Shown here piece after piece: positions 54,001-64,000 of a stretch of 64,000 bases of DNA. Origin of the DNA: Elsinoe ampelina (Eukaryota). Every line of letters begins with the position of its first letter. Position 1 is the first letter of the stretch. The stretch is taken from NCBI GenBank assembly GCA_010093995.1, contig ML992510.1:261504-325503 (forward strand), in the 5' to 3' direction. Both the position numbers and the translations under genes were made by a program. The notes beneath the pieces were generated by a model. It did not search any database. It worked only from the letters and a program-made list of their open reading frames with translations, and had not been told where the DNA came from.

Positions 54001-57000
54001 TTTGTTATTAGGTTAAGTAATAATTAGAGTAGAAATATGTAGAGAGAAATTATAGATTAAACTTAGACTAAGCAATTATATACTAATTCGAAAGACTATA
54101 GGAACTAGCTATTATATATATAGATAGGTAGTACGATTTATGTAGTAGCTTCCTTATTAATTACGTTAGTAGTCTCCCCTTTACTAAGTAGTATATCTTC
54201 TAAGTGCTAAAAGTATTAATTGCTTACTATCTCGCTGTCTAGGGTGTCTAAATAAGATACGCTAGATAGAGTAGCTTATCTTCTACTAATCATGTTATAA
54301 TAGAGGGCAGGCATCAATTAGCTATTAGTAACTATATATAGTAATAGTAAAGTAGCACTATTAGTATAGCATTATATATCCTTATTTAATTCGAATAAGC
54401 CCCTTAATACTCTACTAGTAAGGTCCGTAGAGGCAATACTAAATGTGTAAAAAGCTTTACTAATATACTTCCTAAGTATATTATTCTCTTGCTAGAGTTA
54501 TCTAATTAAGCTTACGTTCTCCTCTGCTATTAATCGTAATTAGCCTACTTCCTGCTAAATAAGTATAATATCTTCCTCTAGGAGTTACTATCTATTAAGC
54601 TATTTAGGCTACTAGGTCCTATATTGCTTTTGCTAGCTACTAACGTAATTATACTCTTCTCTATATATATATAGTAGAGAGCTTCTAATTTAAGCCTCTA
54701 GCTAGTTAGGGAGACTATTAGAAAACTATACTTTAACACCTAAATAGATAAGAGGAGCCTATATGCTTAATTCTATAGTCTAGATATTAGCCGCTAGAGA
54801 AACAAGATTAGTGTAATTAATATCTATACTTAGAAGCCTAGCCGAAAGATACTAATAGACCCGATAGATTAATAGTAGAAGAATAGATAAGTAATTCTAA
54901 AGGGCAATTTAGTTAAAAGGCAAGGAAGGATAAAGCGTAGTAAACAAACTAAAACTCTAGAGTTTAGTAGTAGGTACGGCTTAGCATAGATTACCCTACT
55001 ACTTTTTAGTTCGACTTAGTCTACTACCGGACTATTCTTCTTTATGCTTACTTTAGCTAGATACTTTCCTTGATCTTATCGCCTTATTAGAATATAAAGA
55101 GGTAAACTATGTAATATCTTAGACAAGATAATAGCCTTAAACTAGATAGTATTCTCTATTATAGCGAAATACGGCGTTCTATTGTCTTTCTAACCTATAA
55201 TATTACTTTGCTTGTTATATATATAGTAGTCCGTTATAATCGATATTACCCTTAGCTAATTAAACTTAATATCTATATTCTTCTTAGATATGGTAGTTAT
55301 AGCTTTATAACATATAAGTAGAAGATCTTTAATCAAGTAGATAGGATATATCTCTCTATCCTTACGAACTACTAATAGTATATTATCTAGTTAATTAGAG
55401 AGCAAAGGCACTTATAATTGTAATTAGTAATCCGAGGATTTATTCGAGGTAAATATATTAGCACTATTCTATACTCCTCTAGGCTTATATAATCTTAAGT
55501 ATAACTATACCCGCTAACGTCTAAAATTAGTACTTATCTTATAGACGAGAGTACGGAAGGTAGCTTAACTATTACTACTCTCTAAGAGCTCTGTTATACG
55601 CTAAAACATACACCGAATATTATTACTATCTAGTACTACTAGAAGTACCTTCTTCTCTAACTTTCTCCTATTAGAAATTAACCTAAATGTTCTTCTAACT
55701 ATACCTTTACCTATTATAATATCCTCTAAGAGACTATATAAGTCTCTATAGCCTTTATTATTAAGGGCAAGGGCTTACTTAATAGCTTCGATTAAGTATA
55801 TTACTAGTTAATAAGAAGTAGATATAGATATAGCTACGAAGGGGAGAAGAGAGAAGAGAGAGAGAAGATAGAGGTAAAAGAGTAGTAGTATAGGTAGTAA
55901 TTCGGTACAAGTATTACTTGCGATAGATAAGCCTTAGATCTTAGTTTACTTACAAGAGAAGTATACTAGAATTATACTTAGTTATAATTAGTTAGCCTAA
56001 ACTAATACTCGTAGAACTACAAAGTTTAATATACTAAACTTTATCTTCTCTTAGTTTTATTATATGCTTATTATATAGCGATATAACTATATTATAAATA
56101 TAATTTGTAATAACGCCTTAGTTCGCGCTCTCTACTTATACCGACCTAAATATAGGCGTTAGTGTCCCTAGTATAACCTTTTCTCTCCTCTCTATTTAAC
56201 CTTAATAATAGCTAGCTATCTATTATAGTAGATCCCTTGCCTAGTATACTATAATTATCTATTGCTATATATATAATAGCGACTCTAACATTTACTCTTA
56301 CCTTACTATCGCTACTACTTCTAATAGTATTCTCTATACTAGCTATATCGTATTTATAGGATTAACTACTACTAGTACCTAGTAGTTACGCTAGAGTAAA
56401 TCTATTATAGTATACTTCTCTATCTTACCTACTACGCCGCTATAGGCTTAAGGGTATATAAGGAGACTCTAATATCTCTTTCTCTCTCCCTACTACTGCT
56501 ACCCTCTATAGCTTCCTTTATACTAGCTATATATTATTAGTAGAATTAGCTACTATCTTTACCTAGTAGCTATAACTAAGTAAATCTATCGTAGAGCATC
56601 TCTTAATCTTATAGATAGCACTACTAAGGGTTCTAGCGTACGTAAAGAGAGTAGAGAAGCTAGTGTCTACTAAGAATTATCTACCTTATAGTATAAGAAT
56701 ATTAAGGGGAGAATTATAGAAGAATAACTAGTATAATAAAGAGGAAGAGATAGAGGCATATCGCGGGCAAAGATACATCTACTACCTCCTACTAGATAGT
56801 AGCTTACTATAGAGAGCGTTATAGGTAAAGCTATATTAGTAGTATTCTCTTTTATAATTACTTTTATAGCGGAGTTTTATTATTAGTAGCGCTTTATTAT
56901 AACTTTCTTACGTTAGTGATATACTTCTTTCTATATAGATTATATACCTATCGCTTTAATCTCTCTCCTCTAACTAGTAAATAAAATCTCCTTATCTAAT

Positions 57001-57684
57001 ATATATAAGTATACTATATATCTTTCTTTATTCTTTATTATTTGTCTTATCTCCTATCTACTATAAAGACATTAAAGTTATTACTTTACACAATAATACT
57101 CTTTATTAAATAGTCTACTAGCTGTTTAAAGTATATATAACTTTATATATAGTACTAACATATAAGTATTTAGTATAGTTAATTACTTTAACACTAATTT
57201 TCTACGATAATTAGTACTTATAATATTCTCCGATAGCTACGTTTTGTTTGCTTACCTAATTTATACTCTATAATATTTATTAGTAGTAAACTAACTTATT
57301 TACTTTTAGTTCTAGTATCGACCTAATATTAGTAATTATTATATGTTACTATTAGCATGTACGAAATATAGACTTAGTTAACCTAGTTTACTTTTAGGTT
57401 AAGGCCCGAACTAGATCTTAGTTATAAGTATATTACTTACTTTAGTATACTATCTTAAATACAAATTTTATTATATTTAAGAAGTTACTACCTACTTTCT
57501 ATATAGCATTTTAATATTATACTAGGTAGTAGGTATTTATAATTACTACTGTTTACTCTATAGTACTTAACTTACTACGCTTAGTTCCTAGCTATATAAT
57601 CTTAACCCCTCTAACCTTACTTACCTTATATAACACCTTTACTAGTAGATATTCTTATACTTATTAAATATATATAATAGTACT

Positions 57685-60600
57685 ATACTACTAAAGACGA
57701 AGAAGCTAAAGGTTACTACTAAACCTATAGAAAAGATTCTACTTAATAACCTTATACTAGCTCTTATTAAGAATATACTTTATAATAATAATGTTAGTAA
57801 GAAATCTATCTAATTCTTCTTTAATTAGGACAACTAGTAATACTCTACTACGTTTGTAAGGATAAAGGAAATAATCTTAAAAGTCTTTATAGAATCTAAT
57901 ATTAAAATTAAGAAACAAGACAGAAGTAAGTTACGTAATTCTAAGGTGCTTAAAGCACGTCTTAAAATTAAAACTAGGCTACTAAATAGCACGCCTAATA
58001 ATTTCTAGCTCTTCGTTAACTAACTAGATCGGAAAGATCTAGACTAGTTTAAGGAGAACTTATAGACTATAGTTAATATTAATAAGATAAAAGCTATATA
58101 GCAATTATTCTAAAATACTATATAATTAATAAAGGCAAATCTCCTATTAGTTAAAAGGGAAAGAATAATATTACTAGGTAAAGGAGGCACCTAGAGTCTA
58201 TATCCTTTAGCTACCTTATCTATATAGACACTAACGCTCTCCTAAGTAAGAACACTATCCTCGGAGAGATATATAACTTATATAAAGACAGGCGATAAGA
58301 GATTAGATTTACATATATAGCCTCGTTATAGAATGTTTAGCTTTAACTAGGGGCTAGCGTCTAATCGTGTCTAAATTAATATCGAATTTGCTACGATTTA
58401 GATTATAGAGATTATTAAAGTAAACACTATCTCGTATCTAACATTAAGAAAGAATATTCGTATCTATAACTTAAGAAAGCCTAGTGCTAGCAAGGACAAG
58501 AATTGTTATATTAATTACTATATCGGTAAGCTTAGGCAGATTCTTAACATTAGAGGTAATTACCTCTAACTCTACTAGCTTAATGCGTATAACTCCGCAT
58601 AAGTCTTCGCTATTAAAGACTCTTTCGATCTAGACGCTACTATTACTAAGCATGTTATAACTCTTATCCCTAGTACCTACAAGATCTTTCTCTATCTTAC
58701 TCCTTTTATAGTATCTATTAAAGATCTTCTTAACTTTATACGAAGTAAGTTTACCCCTTCCTTATTTATCTATATATACTAACACTTATAGATAACCCTT
58801 ATTAATATTATAGTAGCTAGCGACTACTTCCTATAGCCGAGGCTACTATAGAAGAGGACTCGGAAGTGTTTCTTACTCCTAAGAAGCTTCGCTTTATAGA
58901 TATTAATACTAATAAGAAGCGTAAAGGAGATTAGTAGAAAGAGAATATTATAATATAGAATATTTAATACCTATAATAGCGACTAAACTGCTAAAGGTAA
59001 GAGCAGTAATACTACTATGTTTTATTTACTATTATGTTATTTATAAAACTATTTAGTTCTTAACTAATAAAGTTTTATTTAGCTTGTTCTACCCCTAAGA
59101 GGCTATAGCCCCTATAAATCCTGCGATTTCCGTTATTATTATTAGAAGCAAACTTACTCGATAGTCCTATAACTATAGTTAGACAGATTCTAACTAACTT
59201 AGCGACTTAGTTTAGAGTATAGTTTTACTTTATACAGTTTTAGGAGAATGTAGCTCCTTCTCCCCTACTAGAAGAATATAGCTTATTTAGACTATAGTAT
59301 ATGCCGCTAAGGTACTATCTATGTTCCTACTACTTTAATAGCTTAAAGGATATTATATAAGCTACTATACACCTAAGGCTAGCTATCTATCTAGATAAAC
59401 ATAATCTCTCGGAGCTCTCTAATACCTCTCCTAAGTTCTACTTTGTTACTAGTAACTTCCTATAGCTTACCTAGCACGCTATAACGTATTAGAGTAAAGA
59501 GAGCAAGTCTAAGAAGATAACGACTTACTTCTACTAACACAAGATTAACATTAGTATTAAAAAAGTAATATGTTCTTAATATTATTAATAATAGAAACGA
59601 AGCGATACTACTATAGATATAATAGACTAGGGCGTTTAATAATAAGCGAAACAAGTTAGTAAAATAGAATCTTGTCCCCTATTATAGTAGAAGCAATAGT
59701 ACAAGTTTTAGTTCTATACTAAACTTAGAGTTAACTAAATTAAATAAGAATAGTATAGTACTATAAAGAAGCGCGTAGGCGTTACTACTAACATAGTTAT
59801 TAGGCTTTACTTTTATATACTAGCGAGGTTTATATATAGCATACTTAGAAGTTAATAAAGAATTCCCGCCGACTATTATTAGTTCTAGCTACTACCTCCT
59901 AATAAATAGTAGAGACGCTTTAGGTTAGGTTACGCCTCCTAACTAAGTACAAACTTAAGTTAGTTTAGTTAGCCTAAAACTAGAGACAAACTTATTTTAT
60001 ATTAGGGTAGATAAGTCCTTTAAGGGAACGCTATAACGCCTAGCTGTCTTATACCTCTCCTTGTTAGGTAATTATTACTTAGCATTAGTATAGCTCTACT
60101 AACCGTATATATAGGTTTAGTATTAAGCTTAACATTTAATATAAGGTTAATTATACCGAGAGAAAGGAATTAGATACCTACTACTTAATAAAGGCAGCTT
60201 CGATATAGTAGAGCTAGTTTCTATCTATAGGCAGTAAAGACGTACCTATTGCAAAGAATAAGAGAGAATAAACTAGATATAATTTAACTTAATATTACTA
60301 TATAATATAATAAGAGGCAACTCTCCGCCTATGTAAAGGTAATATAAGAATAGTTAAAGCCTATTATAGCTTCCTTTTTATAAATATAATAGTTACTTCT
60401 CGTTTCTAGTTTAAAATCTTCGTATTAGTCTCTATATAGATAGCTAGACTTCTATTTATTCTTCTTGACATGTATCTTAACCTAATTATAAAATATCTAG
60501 TAGCTATACTTACTTTTATGTCTTATTAGGTTCGAGATATTTCTAACTAAGACTCTAAAGTTTTAATCGAAGATAGATATCTTATTTCTTTAGTAGCACT

Positions 60601-61640
60601 ATATACATAAATTGCTTTATATATAAGGGAGTATACCTTAACTACAATTATAGAGATACTATATAGGAGAGAGTAGCACGGGATAATATCTATATTCGAC
60701 AAGCAAAAGGAACCTAGAGGTAATTATACTAGATGTTATTATAAGCTTACTTTATTCGCTCTACTACCCCGCTAGTGTAGAAAGAGTAACAACATCGACT
60801 AATATTATAGTAGAGGCTATAGATACTCCTTAGACTTTATATCTCGAGCCGAAGTAGTAGATAAGTATATAGCTAGCGCTACGCTAGATTAGGAATATAA
60901 AGCCTTTATATTATTATCTCCGAGATTATAGAACAGAAAGCCTATAGTTAGAAGACTAAGAGGTAGCAAGGAATTATTCGTGCGTGTAACTCTATAGCGC
61001 TAGTAGTAGCTATAGTAGTTAGTTTAACTTAGTTAGTCTAGTTTAGTCGTTACTAACAAGAGAGCTACATCTATAATAACTTAAGAGAATCCCGAATAGC
61101 CGAGCTATTAGGATCGGTAAGGGCACTAAAGTCGTTATTGTCGATTATAGAGAGAAGTCTATAGTAAGCTATATAGGCATTGTTAGAGTAGCTATATCGA
61201 AGTAAACTTACTTCGAGAAGGCTACGCTAGTTAGTTCGTAACTAGGAATAGTATATAGTTCTATAACGAGTAGAGTACTAGTGCTTCTACCTTAATAGTG
61301 TAACTTCGCTTAACACAAAATTAGTATATAGATCTAATTATTATAGTAGGCTTCTAATAGTGCCTTAGAGAATATAACATTCGCTAGCGTAGATACAATA
61401 ATAGTATTTATACTTAAGCTAACTATACTATCCTATCGGCCGAAGAAGTAGGTTAACTATAGCTACGATATACCGACAATAATATAGAAGGTTATATAAG
61501 ATAATATAGCAAAGCGGACGAACTAAAAGCGTAGTTGTTTAAACTAATAGAGGAGTAATAGCAAATTATTAGTTTATCCTTGTTAAGATTAGTTAAAGGA
61601 ACACCTATAATTTTTACCTAAAAAGTACTAGTTTTAGTTT
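57685..61640 (+). pseudogene. Mirror copy of gene X2, RIP-inactivated
   Basis: Exact mirror coordinates of 40950-44907; retains more ancestral C/G, which helped the reconstruction. Confidence 0.55.
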
Positions 61641-62921
61641 AGCGAACTAATCAACTACCCCTAATAGATTAACTATAGGCATAAACGACCTAATGTTATA
61701 TAGCTAAGGCATCTTTATATACCGCTATTACTATTTTTTCGTAGAGGCTATTTATAACTAACTTATTACAATACTAGCGACAAGTTAAGACATAAGATAG
61801 TAAGAGCTATAAATCGTTTACTAGCTAAAATCATTATGCCTACGTAGCACTCTCTGTTTTATAATTGCTATAAAAGCCTCTACTAAGGACAATAGCGTAA
61901 TAATAGCTAATTAAGTATAGTATTTAATATTGTTCTTAAGTAAGAGACAGCCGACAAACTCTGTCGCCTAGATATATTAGAGTAAACTCTGTCTCGACGT
62001 GTCTAGTACTATAGCGTAGATACAATTTTAGCTTTAGTCCGCCGACGCTATATAATAGCTTAGTCCTATTAGCTCTACTACGAATTATAGTAAATAAGAA
62101 CTAAACTAAGTAACGAGGTAGAAACGATAGCCTATAGCTAGTATAGAGTGTCCTTCTCTCTTTGCCTACTATATAGTATAGCATAGCGGATAATCCTCTT
62201 AGTCTCTTTACTAACCTTAACTCTTAACCTCTAGCACGTAGAATAGACAGTAATAGTAATAGTAGGCTCGATAGCGACGTATATAAGGAAGAGAAGGGCA
62301 TAGACAAGGTTATAATAGGAGGTATACACGAGAAAGAGTAAGTAATTACAGCAAGTATAACTAGTAGCACGTCTATAGGGTAGAGTACTAGGAGGTTATC
62401 CTTATCTAGTAGAGCTATATCTAATTATACTACGTTCGAGATAGTAACTAGTATACTAGCTAGTAGCGAGGAGTTAGTAATAGACATAGTTTATCCTTAG
62501 TTTATATTAACTAATCTTGTCTAGATCTCCCTAAGTCTATAATATATCCTTCGCCCCGAGCGATTAATAAGATATAGCTTAGCTAGAGACTCTCGGCTCG
62601 GCGCTCTAACGTTTAATAAAAGGCAAGCTACTAACTTAGATAGATAATTTTAATTCGAGTTAGGTCGTTATAGTAGAAGCGCCTTCTAGTAGGATACACT
62701 TACTATAGACTACTAGCCTCTATACAATGTTCTAATAAATCTACTTCTACTTACGTAAGGGTACTAAAGATATGTCTAAGTTATACACGCGAAGGCTATA
62801 GTAGTCTAATTAATAGCAAAATAGTGTTTGCTAGTAGGAAGCTTACTCGGCTTAAATTTAGTAGTGTAAATTGTCGCTTTACTCTATCTCTAGCATGTTA
62901 TATATAGCAGTAGTAGAGGGC

Positions 62922-63121
62922 AGCTAGTAGGGGACGGCTAGTAGTTTATTATATCGAACTAATAATTTCTTAGTTCTCTCTCTCGAAGTTTAAAAATAAC
63001 TTAAAATTTTAACCTAACTATAGCTAGTAGGGAATAGCTAGTAGTTTATTACGTCGAACTAACAATTTCTTAGTTCTCTCTCTTAAAGTTTAAGGATAAC
63101 CTAAAATTTTAACCTAACTAG
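62922..63121. repeat. 100-bp tandem repeat, 2 copies
   Basis: agctagtaggggacggctagtagtttattatatcgaactaataatttcttagttctctc... repeated at 63022. Confidence 0.88.
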
Positions 63122-64000
63122 ATTAAGCACTCCTCGGAACTTAATTACATAATGCTATCTAATTATATTCTTCTCTAAAGTTAGGTATTATATATTTAGA
63201 GACTTATAATCTTTATAGTATTATAAACGCGTTATAAACCCTGTTTATAGCGATATAACTACATCGTAGATACGATTTACTATAATGCCTTAGTTCGCGC
63301 CCTCTACTTATACTAACCTAAATATAGGCGTTAGTGTCTCTAGTATAACCTTTTCTCTCCTCTCTATCTAACCTCGATAATAGCTAGCTATCTATTATAG
63401 CGGATCCCCTACCTAGTATACTATAATTATCTATTGCTATATATATAATAGCAACTCTAATATTTACTCCTATATCGCTGTCGCTACTACTTCTAATAGT
63501 ATTCTTTACACCGGCTATATCGTGTTTATAGGATTAACTACTACTAGTACCTAGTAGTTACGCCGGAGTAAATCTATTATAGTATACCTCTCTATCTTAC
63601 CTACTACGCCGCTATAGGCTTAAGGGTATATAAGAAGACTCCGATACTTCTTTCTCTCTCCTTACTACCGCTACCCTCTATAGCTTCCTTTCTACTAGCT
63701 ACGTATTATTAGTAGGACTAGCTACTGTCTCTACCTAGTAGCTACAACTAAGCAAATCTATCGCAGAGCATCTCTCGATCTTATAGATAGCACTACTAGG
63801 GGTTCTAGCGTACATAAAGAGAGTAGAGAAGCTAGTATCTACCGGGGATTACCTGCCTTATAGTATAAGAATATCAAGGAGAGAATTATAGAGGAATAAC
63901 TAGTATAACAAAAAGGAAGAGATAGAGGAATATTGCAGGTAAAGATATATCTACTACCTCCTACTAGATAGTAGCTTACTATAAAGAGCGTCGTAGGCGA

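Larger units (their letters stand above)
22480..64000. other. AT-rich RIP-degraded repeat compartment
   Basis: Abrupt loss of long ORFs, extreme TpA/TAG/CTA excess with CpA/TpG depletion; duplicated copies differ mainly by C>T/G>A transitions. Confidence 0.95.
51307..64000. repeat. Right arm of giant inverted duplication (continues to the window edge)
   Basis: Reverse complement of 38538-51285, with one 10-bp insertion near 62704-62713; other differences are mostly transitions. Confidence 0.95.

Noticed and set aside
22480..64000. Starship element (DUF3435 tyrosine recombinase captain)
   Set aside because: I could not reconstruct any captain-like motifs in this window; this cannot be excluded for sequence beyond it.

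Overview
Fungal (filamentous ascomycete-type) genomic DNA in two sharply separated compartments. Positions 1 to ~22.3 kb are GC-balanced and gene-dense, with short GT-AG introns: Mid1 Ca2+ channel subunit (runs off the window start), protein phosphatase 5/PPT1, SPT4, class II HDAC HDA1/Clr3, eIF3a, G-protein gamma subunit, a Pho4/NUC-1-like bHLH factor and CWC21. From ~22.5 kb to the end the DNA is AT-rich and devastated by repeat-induced point mutation (RIP; TpA/TAG-rich, CpA/TpG almost absent). Reversing RIP changes by eye reveals a Tc1/IS630 transposase fragment, a Ty3/gypsy integrase-chromodomain fragment, a near-complete Plavaka-type transposase gene and several unrecognised intron-containing genes. 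Two larger structures stand out. (1) Two tandem ~6.5 kb cassettes share near-identical flanking blocks but carry highly diverged paralogues of a large unknown gene; the downstream block abuts the Plavaka gene. (2) A giant inverted duplication is centred at 51296 with a 21-bp spacer, and its arms are at least 12.7 kb and reach the window edge. All translations from the RIP region are manual reconstructions and need computational confirmation.
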